DNA from: Methanothermobacter thermautotrophicus str. Delta H
GTDB lineage: Archaea; Methanobacteriota; Methanobacteria; Methanobacteriales; Methanothermobacteraceae
Length of the DNA stretch: 32,000 nt
Assembly: GCF_000008645.1 (NCBI RefSeq)
Contig: NC_000916.1
Coordinates: forward strand, 810,001-842,000
Direction of reading: 5' to 3'
Positions 10,216 through 18,773 of this stretch are shown piece after piece (position 1 is the stretch's first letter; the number at the start of each line of letters is the position of its first letter). The position numbers were made by a program, and so were the translations under genes. A model generated the notes under the pieces. That model ran no database searches. It saw only the letters and a list, made by a program, of their open reading frames with translations, and was not told where the DNA came from.

Positions 10216-11175
10216 ATGAGAAAATTCAGAAGGCCCCTCATTGTGCTCAGCCGCTGCATTGAACATGACCACTGCCGCTACGACGGGTCAATGATATCAA
10301 GTCCCTTTGTGAGGCAGTTCGAAGACTACGCAGACTTCATAACGGTCTGCCCCGAGGTTGAGATCGGACTTGGTGTTCCAAGGCCGCCCATCCACATAAC
10401 AGAGGTGGATGGTAAACCCAGGCTTGTGCAGCCAGAAACCGGCAGGGACATAACAGCTGACATGAGATCATTCATAGACTCATTCCTGGGTTCACTGGAT
10501 GCTGTTGACGGCTTCATACTTAAGAACAGATCGCCCTCATGTGGCATAAGGAACGTGAAGGTCTACCGTGGCGAGGGTCGGCGCCCTGGACGTGACGGAA
10601 TGGGTTTCTTTGGAAGGGCCGTGATGGAGAGATTCCCCCACCTCCCCCTTGAAGATGAGGGGAGGCTCCGGAACCTGCAGATAAGGGAGGACTTCCTCAT
10701 CAAGCTCTACCTTGTAAGGGACCTCCGCTCCGTGGAGGGGCTGCAGGACCTCATAGAGTTCCACACCCAGAACAAGTTACTCCTGATGTCCATCAGTCCA
10801 GAGGGACAGAACATCCTTGGAAGGGTGATAGGAGAGCAGACGGACCATGAGGATGCAATTAAGGAATACTCAGAAATATTCCATGAAATCATCCGAGAGC
10901 CCCTTAAACCTGAAAGACTGATCAACGCCCTGCTGCATGCCTTCGGCCATTTTTCATCGGAACTCAATGGCGAGGAAAAGAAATACTTCCTTGAATCTGT
11001 TGAATGGTACCGCAGGGGTGTGGTGCCGCTCCTTGTGCCAATAAGCATACTCAGATCATGGGTTGTGAGGTTCGGAGGATATCTACCTCGAGAAACAGAC
11101 ACTATTCGAGCCCTACCCACGGGAGCTCGTGCCGGTAACCCTCATCATCTGAGGGATCAGGATGATACATGCTGA
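10216..11175 (+). CDS. TudS(DUF523)-DUF1722 fusion protein (RudS-like); C-terminus probably frameshifted
   Basis: DUF523 cysteines [40 protein letters not shown], then a DUF1722 domain ([11 protein letters not shown] ... [16 protein letters not shown] ... [16 protein letters not shown]). The expected tail ([25 protein letters not shown], stop 11150-11152) lies in the neighbouring frame. Confidence 0.85.
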   Translation: MRKFRRPLIVLSRCIEHDHCRYDGSMISSPFVRQFEDYADFITVCPEVEIGLGVPRPPIHITEVDGKPRLVQPETGRDITADMRSFIDSFLGSLDAVDGFILKNRSPSCGIRNVKVYRGEGRRPGRDGMGFFGRAVMERFPHLPLEDEGRLRNLQIREDFLIKLYLVRDLRSVEGLQDLIEFHTQNKLLLMSISPEGQNILGRVIGEQTDHEDAIKEYSEIFHEIIREPLKPERLINALLHAFGHFSSELNGEEKKYFLESVEWYRRGVVPLLVPISILRSWVVRFGGYLPRETDTIRALPTGARAGNPHHLRDQDDTC

Positions 11176-12499
11176 AAGGATAAGAAACCTCAACGGTGAG
11201 GAGCCAGATCTTCGCGGCAGTTACGTTGTGTACTGGATGCAGGCATCTGTGAGGAGCCACTGGAACCATGCCCTTGAATACGCCATTGAAACCGCCAACA
11301 GTCTCAAAAAGCCCCTTATAGTGGTTTTTGGTCTTACAGATGATTTCCCTAATGCCAATTCCCGCCATTACCGTTTCCTCATTGAGGGTCTCAGGGATGT
11401 GAGGTCAAATCTCAGGGAAAGGGGGATTCAGCTTGTGGTTGAAAGGGACTCTCCACCATCCGTTCTTCTCAAATATGCTGATGATGCCGCTGCAGCTGTG
11501 ACAGACAGGGGATACCTTGACATACAGAAGGAATGGGTGGATGAGGCTGCAGGTGCACTTCACATCCCCCTCACACAGGTTGAGTCCAACGTCATAGTAC
11601 CTGTCGAAACGGCCTCAGATAAGGAGGAGTACTCCGCAGGGACCTTCAAACCAAAGATAAAAAGGCACCTGAAGAGATTCATGGTCCCCCTGAGGATGAG
11701 GACCCTGAAGATGGATTCCCTGGACCTTGAACCGGGACCTGAATTTGAGGATGCTGTGAGGGACTTCAGGGCCCCTGAGGATCTTGAACCGTCAGTATTC
11801 CGGGGCGGAACATCCACCGCCCTTTCCATCTTCAGTGAGTTTCTGAGGGAAAAACTTGAATGCTTTGAGAGGTACCGGAACGATCCTGTGAAGAACTGCC
11901 TCTCCAATATGAGCCCCTACCTGCATTTTGGACAGATATCCCCCCTCTACCTTGCACTGAGGGCTTCAGAGGCCGGTGAATGTCCCGAGTTCCTGGAGGA
12001 GCTAATTGTGAGGAGGGAGCTCAGCATGAACTTTGTCCACTACAGTGACAGTTACTCAAGCATCAGTTGCCTCCCTGAATGGGCCCAAAGAACCCTCATG
12101 GACCATGTGGCTGATCCCAGGGAGTATGAGTACAGCCTCAGGGAACTTGAATCCGCCAGTACCCATGATCCCTACTGGAACGCTGCGCAGCAGGAGATGG
12201 TCATCACAGGGAAGATGCACGGCTATATGAGGATGTACTGGGGTAAGAAGATACTTGAATGGACCGATCACCCTGCAAGGGCCTACGACATTGCCCTTTA
12301 CCTCAATGACAGGTATGAAATTGATGGCAGGGACCCCAACGGATTCGCGGGAGTTGCATGGTGCTTCGGCAAACATGACCGTGCCTGGGCTGAAAGGGAG
12401 ATCTTCGGTAAGGTCAGGTACATGAATGACCGCGGACTTAAGAGGAAGTTCAGGATAGATGAATACGTCGATAGAATCAGGGGCCTCATGGATGAGTAG
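11162..12499 (+). CDS. phr: Class II CPD DNA photolyase
   Basis: [86 protein letters not shown] are class II signatures. Confidence 0.95.
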   Translation: MIHAERIRNLNGEEPDLRGSYVVYWMQASVRSHWNHALEYAIETANSLKKPLIVVFGLTDDFPNANSRHYRFLIEGLRDVRSNLRERGIQLVVERDSPPSVLLKYADDAAAAVTDRGYLDIQKEWVDEAAGALHIPLTQVESNVIVPVETASDKEEYSAGTFKPKIKRHLKRFMVPLRMRTLKMDSLDLEPGPEFEDAVRDFRAPEDLEPSVFRGGTSTALSIFSEFLREKLECFERYRNDPVKNCLSNMSPYLHFGQISPLYLALRASEAGECPEFLEELIVRRELSMNFVHYSDSYSSISCLPEWAQRTLMDHVADPREYEYSLRELESASTHDPYWNAAQQEMVITGKMHGYMRMYWGKKILEWTDHPARAYDIALYLNDRYEIDGRDPNGFAGVAWCFGKHDRAWAEREIFGKVRYMNDRGLKRKFRIDEYVDRIRGLMDE

Positions 12500-12641
12500 A
12501 GACCACACAGCAGATGAAGAACTTTATCCTCAGGTCCAGTCACCTGGGGTCCACATAAGGATACAAAACTTTTTATCTTCAGGTGACCAACTATCTAGGG
12601 GACTCTAATTATATTACCATTCACTCCAGGGAGGTTAGGAT

Positions 12642-13302
12642 ATGAACATTAACCTTGAGGGATACTACAGAATGCGTTACACATTATTCAGATGGAGACA
12701 CAATCAGAACTGGATAAACAAGACGGTGATGGCCTTTTTCATGCCTGTGTAACAGCCTCCTGGCCCAGGTTGTCATTCCACTGCCATGGACACCCGTACC
12801 AATCACAGCCCAGACACTGGCAGTCCTCATGTCAGGTGTGATCCTTGGAAGGTACTGGGGTGGGCTGAGCCAGCTAATCTATGTGATCATCGGTGCAGCC
12901 GGCGTGCCCTGGTTTGCAGATATGAGCGGCGGCCCTGAGGTACTCCTGGGGGCCACCGGAGGTTACCTGCTGGGATTCATCCTCGCAGCCCTTCTTCTGG
13001 GTCACTTCGTTGACAGACACATAAGGGCCAGAAAGTTCACCCCCATGCTGGGCCTCATGACGATAGCAAACTTCGGCCTCATATACATACCCGGACTTGT
13101 TGTGCTGGGCCTCTGGAGCCTGAAGACCCAGGGCACACTGCCGGGACCATGGGAACTTCTGGTAATGGGACTGCTCCCATTCATACCAGGGGACATCCTG
13201 AAGATAACCGGGGCTGCTGCCCTCACAAGGGCCATAACACCCAAGGAGCCCTATGGTGAAGAGATTGACATCCAGAAGGCAGAAGGGTGGAGGGTGCCCT
13301 GA
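12642..13302 (+). pseudogene. bioY: BioY-family biotin transporter gene interrupted by a frameshift near 12741-12760
   Basis: ATG at 12642 after GGGAGGTTAGGAT opens MNINLEGYYRMRYTLFRWRHNQNWINKTVMAFFM then stops (TAA 12750-12752). The downstream frame reads LLAQVVIPLPWTPVPITAQTLAVLMSGVILGRYWGGLSQLIYVIIGAAGVPWF to stop 13302. The track calls only 12829-13302. Confidence 0.82.
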
Positions 13303-13678
13303 TCTAACCATCAGGGCCCATCACCTCCTATGCATGAGGGGCTTTCAGGGGTACGGCTACAGTGAGGAGTTCACAGAAAACCTTGCACGTATCATCCATG
13401 AAATAAAAGGTAACCCCTCAGCTTTCCTCATGATCGTTGATTTTCCAGATGACATATGCCGGGCCTGTCCCTTCATGGATGGTCTCCGGTGTCTCAGGGA
13501 TGAAGAAAGGATCAGATCCATGGACAGGAGAGTCCTGGAACTTCTTAAACTGGAGAGCGGCTGCATGGTGACGTTCCATGACATCGAAGACGCCCTGCTT
13601 GCTCTAATCACTTCAGGCAAGATCATGGAGATATGCGGGGAATGCTCCTGGATGGATCTATGCCTCATCCACAGGTAG
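13253..13678 (+). CDS. DUF1284 Cys-rich protein (start uncertain, overlaps bioY 3' end)
   Basis: LTIRAHHLLCMRGFQGYGYS and CRACPFMDGLRC and CGECSWMDLC, consistent with DUF1284. Confidence 0.75.
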   Translation: MVKRLTSRRQKGGGCPDLTIRAHHLLCMRGFQGYGYSEEFTENLARIIHEIKGNPSAFLMIVDFPDDICRACPFMDGLRCLRDEERIRSMDRRVLELLKLESGCMVTFHDIEDALLALITSGKIMEICGECSWMDLCLIHR

Positions 13679-13698
13679 TTCTTTGCAGATGAAACCAT

Positions 13699-14800
13699 AT
13701 GATTCAAAGAAAACTTGGGTCGACAGATATAGAGGCATCAGTTCTGGGTATAGGCGTTATGCGCTTTCCAGAGGTTGACGGTAGGCTTGATAGGCTGCGG
13801 CAGATAGGATCATGCCTTCGCCCTTGACAATGGTATAAACTACATTGACACCGGCTACACCTACCATGGTGGTGAAAGTGAGGTTTTCATAGGGGACTTC
13901 CTCTCAGAAAACGATTACCCTGATGTTTACGTTGCAACCAAGCTCCCCACCTGGCTGGTGAGGGACAGGAGGGACATGGAGAGTTATCTGAATGAACAGA
14001 TGGAAAGGCTCAGGGGTAAGCTGGATATATACCTCCTCCACAACCTTAAAATGGACTCCTGGCTGGCCCTGAAGGACATGGGGGTGCTTGAATTCCTGGA
14101 CTCACTCAGGGATGAGGGTATATATGCTGGTTTCTCATTCCATGACACTGCAGACGTCTTCTTTGATATATTCGACGCCTATGACTGGGACCTTGTTCAG
14201 GTTCAGCACAACATAGTCGACGATGAACAGGCAAACCCCGCCACCATAGCCCATGCAAGGTCCCAGGGCGCGGGTACCGTTATAATGGAGCCCCTCCGTG
14301 GGGGTTCACTGGTAAGGAACATCCCCCCTGAGGTCATGGAGATATATGAGATGGCCGGGAGGCCCAGGAAACCAGTGGAGTGGTGCCTGAGGTACCTCTG
14401 GGACATGGATGCTGTTGATGTTGTTCTGAGTGGAATGAGCAGCATCTCCGAAGTGAAGGAGAACATCAAAATCGCATCATCCCCTGAGGAACTTACAGAG
14501 GATGACCATGCAATTTTAAGGGAGGTTAAGAGGGCCTACCGTATGAGAAAGACTGTCCCCTGCAGTGAGTGTGGCTACTGCATGCCCTGCCCTGAGGGCG
14601 TGGACATACCACGTAACCTCAGACTACTGAATGACATCTACAGGTTCATGAGTACGAGGGGTGTTAGAACAGAGTACCGTAAGATCATGGGTGAGGCGGA
14701 GAGGGCCTCAAACTGTTCCGGCTGTGGCTCCTGCATGCCCTGCCCCCAGATGATTGACATACCCTCTGAACTCAGGAGGCTCCATGAGAAGCTTGGATAG
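13699..14800 (+). pseudogene. Aldo/keto reductase with C-terminal ferredoxin-like Cys motifs, frameshifted near 13790-13825
   Basis: ATG 13699 gives MIQRKLGSTDIEASVLGIGVMRFPEVDGRLDR then an off-frame stop at 13825-13827. The downstream frame resumes FALDNGINYIDTGYTYHGGESEVFIGDFLSENDYPDVYVATK through 14800, ending with CSECGYCMPCPEGVDIP and CSGCGSCMPCPQMIDIP. Confidence 0.85.
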
Positions 14801-14810
14801 GTGAATCAGC

Positions 14811-15008
14811 TTGATTGAAAGGTTGAAGTACTCCATTAAAATCTCATTTATGCTGGCTGTTCTTGGTTCTGCTGTCCTGTTTATCTGGGGAATGATCGGA
14901 AGGCTGGATATCAGCTGGGATGTTCTGAGATCAGCCCTTGAGGGTTTTGTTGCCTTTGGTATATTTGGATTCATACTGGGCTTCCTGATATATGACCTTG
15001 AGTCCTGA
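14811..15008 (+). CDS. Small two-TM membrane protein
   Basis: 65-aa ORF immediately downstream, two hydrophobic segments (ISFMLAVLGSAVLFIWGMI; GFVAFGIFGFILGFLIYDL). Confidence 0.6.
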   Translation: MIERLKYSIKISFMLAVLGSAVLFIWGMIGRLDISWDVLRSALEGFVAFGIFGFILGFLIYDLES

Positions 15009-15098
15009 TAAACAGATGTGAGTTGAGGGTCCTCCAGATCACACCAACCATAATGACTTATGTATCATATAACATAGTAATTGAAGGGGGTGATTTCT

Positions 15099-15629
15099 TT
15101 GAAGGTTCCTGAAAATTTCAACCTCCTTGTTACACTGCGCGGCCAGAAGGGTGAAACTGCAGGCGAGGAGATAGTTGGTCTTGAAGAGACTGAAATGGCG
15201 CTATCCAGGTATGAAGGGGAACTTAGAGTCATTGAATCTGATTTTCCAAATGTTATGATGTTTGATCTTAATATGGATCCCCTTGAAGCGGTTAATATTA
15301 TCAAAAATTCTCCAACGACTGTCATATCAAAGGTTGTCCCTGTGGAGGCTGTTGTGAGGACAAGACTTGACAGTATCCTCGAGAAGGTAATAGCGCTGGT
15401 ATCAGAAAAGGTTGAGGCAGGTGAAACCTTCAGGGTGATCTGTGATCTGAGGGGTAGAAGGTATATCAGGTCAGCCGGAGAGCTTGTTGAAGCTGTTTCA
15501 GAGGCTCTTATGGAACGTTTCCCCATCACAGAATCAGATGAACCTGACTGGATCATTCAGATTGAGGTGGTGGGTGATTCTACAGGTGTCAGTGTTCTCA
15601 GGCCCCATCAGGTGATTAAGAAGGAATGA
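15099..15629 (+). CDS. THUMP-domain-like protein
   Basis: KVPENFNLLVTLRGQKGETAGEEI ... VVPVEAVVRTRLDSILEKV ... FRVICDLRGRRYIRSAGELVEAVSEALMERFP resembles THUMP. GGGGGTGAT precedes TTG 15099; the track start is 15081. Confidence 0.65.
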   Translation: MKVPENFNLLVTLRGQKGETAGEEIVGLEETEMALSRYEGELRVIESDFPNVMMFDLNMDPLEAVNIIKNSPTTVISKVVPVEAVVRTRLDSILEKVIALVSEKVEAGETFRVICDLRGRRYIRSAGELVEAVSEALMERFPITESDEPDWIIQIEVVGDSTGVSVLRPHQVIKKE

Positions 15630-15644
15630 TAGTCCCCCAAATAC

Positions 15645-15741
15645 AACTCCTGATTTAGAAATTTTTACGCAACATATATAGATACTCAAATACATAGAAA
15701 ACTCCCTGATTTAGAATTTTTACAGCAACATACTAATAGAT
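15645..15741. repeat. Imperfect direct repeat pair upstream of the secreted-protein gene
   Basis: aactcc-tgatttagaaatttttac-gcaacatatatagata (about 15645-15685) versus aactccctgatttagaa-tttttacagcaacatactaatagata (about 15700-15741). Confidence 0.75.
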
Positions 15742-15757
15742 AAACTGGAGGAATTAT

Positions 15758-16408
15758 ATGGAAATACAGAAAGGGGTCTTCCTGTTCCTGTTTGTTGCCG
15801 CCATCCTCCTCGGGATGGGTCAGGCAGCAGCAACAGACGATATAACGACCGGTGAATTACCAACAGGAGGATCAGGTGACTTCATCGTCACATCCGCACC
15901 CTCAAATGGTGTCTACTACACCATTAACGGCGGCATACCAACACTTAACAGTACAAGATACACCGCTCCCATAGTCCTGAACAGAACACTCAACATCAAA
16001 TACATGATAGTGAAAAACGGCACCGTAAAGTACGGTATAATACACCACACCCTAACCGGAAACATCACAAACAGAACATACCCCCACCTCATATTCAACG
16101 AAACACCACTGATACAGATACCCAACGGAACCTACTACCAGCTCAACAACGGCAACATAACACCATACACCACCCCCCTCGCCCTAACCGGAAACACAAT
16201 CATGAAATACCTCAAAAACAGCACCAACACAACACAGATGGGCATAATAAAAAACACACCAGCAAAACTGGTAAACAAGATCAAAACCTCAAAGATCAGG
16301 GTCAAAAAATGGTACAGAAGAGGCGGTAAATGGAGATACAAGTGGAGATACTACTGGACCTACAAACAGATAAAACAGAAATACCAGGAACTCCAGCCAG
16401 CCGCATAA
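15758..16408 (+). CDS. Secreted/surface protein with chitobiase-C-like motif and basic aromatic tail
   Basis: Signal-like MEIQKGVFLFLFVAAILLGMGQAAA, APSNGVYYTINGGIPTLNSTRYTAPIVLNRTLNIKY (CHB_HEX_C-like), tail KIRVKKWYRRGGKWRYKWRYYWTYKQIKQKY. SD GGAGG before ATG. Confidence 0.75.
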   Translation: MEIQKGVFLFLFVAAILLGMGQAAATDDITTGELPTGGSGDFIVTSAPSNGVYYTINGGIPTLNSTRYTAPIVLNRTLNIKYMIVKNGTVKYGIIHHTLTGNITNRTYPHLIFNETPLIQIPNGTYYQLNNGNITPYTTPLALTGNTIMKYLKNSTNTTQMGIIKNTPAKLVNKIKTSKIRVKKWYRRGGKWRYKWRYYWTYKQIKQKYQELQPAA

Positions 16409-16613
16409 TCTTTTACTTTTTTTACCCTTTCGATTTTTAGCAGGTCTGATGCTTCAGAAATTCTTTAAGATTTAGTTTATAAAAACTCATCTAAATTTTA
16501 ATTTAGTATATAAATATTTTGTTTTATTATCTTGTGGAAAATTTTATATACTGGATATTATTTATTGATGTAAATGTACTACAAGTTGAGGAGGTCTGAT
16601 TATTAAAGACTCA

Positions 16614-18710
16614 ATGAAATGGGGCTTCATTCTCTTTTTTGGAATGACACTGCTCAGCGGATCCAGTTACGGTGCAGACTACATCGTTGATAACACAACC
16701 TACCTTCAGGTATTCACACCCGGCGGGGTGCAGGGAACCTTCACCCTAAACGGGACCGAATACACCCTTGAGGACGGTGATACCTTCACCTTCCTAGAGG
16801 GCATCTATGATACGGTGAACATGGTGATCAACAGGACCATCTCCCTGGTTGCATCAGGCACGGTCCAGCTGAATGGTGTTATTGACGCCATTGCACCTTC
16901 CAGCATAACAGGTTTCAGTGTCAACGGGACAGTGAACCTCCGCGGAAACGGATGTAACCTCAGCAGCACAAACATCACAGGCACCCTGAATATCACAGGC
17001 AATTCCTCGCGGGTCAATGATTCAAGGATACTCAACCCTGCTTCAGCCGTGATGGTATCAGGGGACAATGTAACAATTACCAGCAGCTACATAAACGGTT
17101 CCGCATCCCATGGAATTGTTGTGAATGGCAGGAATGCCCGGATCCAGGGTAACAATATAACAAACAGCAATGGAAGCGGAATCCTCATCCATGGGGATGG
17201 ATGTCTTGCAGAGGGGAACACCATATACCTCTCAGGGGGTGATGGGGTAACCTCAGATGCATCTGGAGCCTCAATAATCAGAAACAGCATATCATTTAAC
17301 TCAGGAGACGGTATAAGATCCTCCGGCAATAACTCGGTGATAACAAACAACACGGTTCTCAGGAACAACGGGACCGGCATATACTCCTCAGGAAAAAATG
17401 CAACCATAAACTCAAACACCGTCAAGTACTCAGGCGATGACGGGATATATGTTGCAGGGAATGGCTCCACGGTACAGGGCTGCTATGTCCAGAACAACAC
17501 GAAGAACGGCATAAAAATAACAGGATCTGGCTGTACAGTCAGCAGTTCCTACACCTATTACAACGGTGAAAACGGGATATACTCCACAGGGGATAACACA
17601 TCATTCAGATACCTTGATTCCAGTTTCAACGCCAGGAACGGCATATACTCCTCAGGAAAAAATGCAAGCTTCTTCTATATAACCAGCGCATCCTACAATG
17701 GTGAGAACGGCATACTCTCAACCGGACCATCGGCAAGTATGCAGATCATCCTTGATGTGACCTCAAATTCACAGAACGGTGTCTCATCCAGGGGTGATAA
17801 TGCATATATATGGTTCGTTGAGGTTAAAAAGAACGGAATGAACGGTATCCATTCTTCAGGAAAGAATCTATATCTATCATACGTTAAAAACGCCACCAAC
17901 AACACCCTCAGCGGTATAAACTCAACAGGAATAAATGCAAGGATACTGGACGTCACTGTGAACCTCAACCGTGGAAACGGGATATACTCCTCAGGGTACA
18001 ACACGACCATAGCCTACTTTGAAGCAGTCAACAACCGGGGAAATGGTTTATGGATTTCCGGAGGCAGGAGCTACATTGTCGAGGGGAATACGACATCCAA
18101 CCGCCAGAACGGAGTCAGAGTGAATGGTCCCGATGCCATTGTAAGGTCCGTGAATGCGACAGACAACACCGCCAGCGGGATAGCCATCTACGGTAAGAAT
18201 GCCATCATATACAACTGCACATCCATGAGGAACACCGATGGGGTGTACGGAATAGCCAGCTTCAGGATGATCCTGAGCAGAACATCAGCCAACAGGAACT
18301 GCGGTGTGAATGCAAAGGGAACTGCAACGATAGAGCAGTGCACGGTGTATGGTAACCGTTATGGAATCTATGCTGGTGGCGCGAATTCAGTCATATACTC
18401 ATCCAGCATCAGCAGTAACAGGGGCTACGGTGTCTATGCAGCCGGTTCATCAGCAACCATCTACAGGAACACGGTACAGTCAAACGGTGGAGACGGTATA
18501 ACTGCAAGGGGAAGCTATGCAAAGATATACTACAATACAGCAAACAGGAACAGGGGCTCAGGCATAAGCTCATCATCCTACAGAGCAGTTATAGCCTACA
18601 ACAGGGCATCATATAACTCCTACTACGGAATATACTCTTCAGGTAAAAAAACGACGCTTGCAAAGAACAGTGCAGCCGGTAACAGAAAGAGAAATATAAG
18701 AAGGGGCTAA
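16614..18710 (+). CDS. Secreted right-handed parallel beta-helix repeat protein (adhesin-like)
   Basis: Signal-like N-terminus; about 23-aa PbH1-type repeats with recurrent NGIYSSGKNA / GNGIYSSG; many N-x-S/T sequons. Confidence 0.88.
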   Translation: MKWGFILFFGMTLLSGSSYGADYIVDNTTYLQVFTPGGVQGTFTLNGTEYTLEDGDTFTFLEGIYDTVNMVINRTISLVASGTVQLNGVIDAIAPSSITGFSVNGTVNLRGNGCNLSSTNITGTLNITGNSSRVNDSRILNPASAVMVSGDNVTITSSYINGSASHGIVVNGRNARIQGNNITNSNGSGILIHGDGCLAEGNTIYLSGGDGVTSDASGASIIRNSISFNSGDGIRSSGNNSVITNNTVLRNNGTGIYSSGKNATINSNTVKYSGDDGIYVAGNGSTVQGCYVQNNTKNGIKITGSGCTVSSSYTYYNGENGIYSTGDNTSFRYLDSSFNARNGIYSSGKNASFFYITSASYNGENGILSTGPSASMQIILDVTSNSQNGVSSRGDNAYIWFVEVKKNGMNGIHSSGKNLYLSYVKNATNNTLSGINSTGINARILDVTVNLNRGNGIYSSGYNTTIAYFEAVNNRGNGLWISGGRSYIVEGNTTSNRQNGVRVNGPDAIVRSVNATDNTASGIAIYGKNAIIYNCTSMRNTDGVYGIASFRMILSRTSANRNCGVNAKGTATIEQCTVYGNRYGIYAGGANSVIYSSSISSNRGYGVYAAGSSATIYRNTVQSNGGDGITARGSYAKIYYNTANRNRGSGISSSSYRAVIAYNRASYNSYYGIYSSGKKTTLAKNSAAGNRKRNIRRG

Positions 18711-18773
18711 CCCCCCTATTTTTCATATAAGAAAACTGTCAAGTCCTGAGACTAATTTTCCCGATCACCCTTT

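Noticed and set aside
12520-12584. Two similar strings, AACTTTATCCTCAGGT and AAACTTTTTATCTTCAGGT, upstream of bioY that might be a biotin operator.
   Set aside because: Short, imperfect, and one lies against the photolyase stop. The second is more simply explained as a TATA-like element; there is insufficient evidence for an operator.
16625-17470. Minus-strand ORFs opposite the beta-helix gene.
   Set aside because: Mirror-frame openness is expected from the repetitive coding strand; no independent start signals or family features.
17330-18700. Recurrent DNA words encoding NGIYSSGKNA considered as a CRISPR-like array.
   Set aside because: They are in-frame, divergent protein repeats with about 23-codon period and no conserved direct-repeat/spacer structure.
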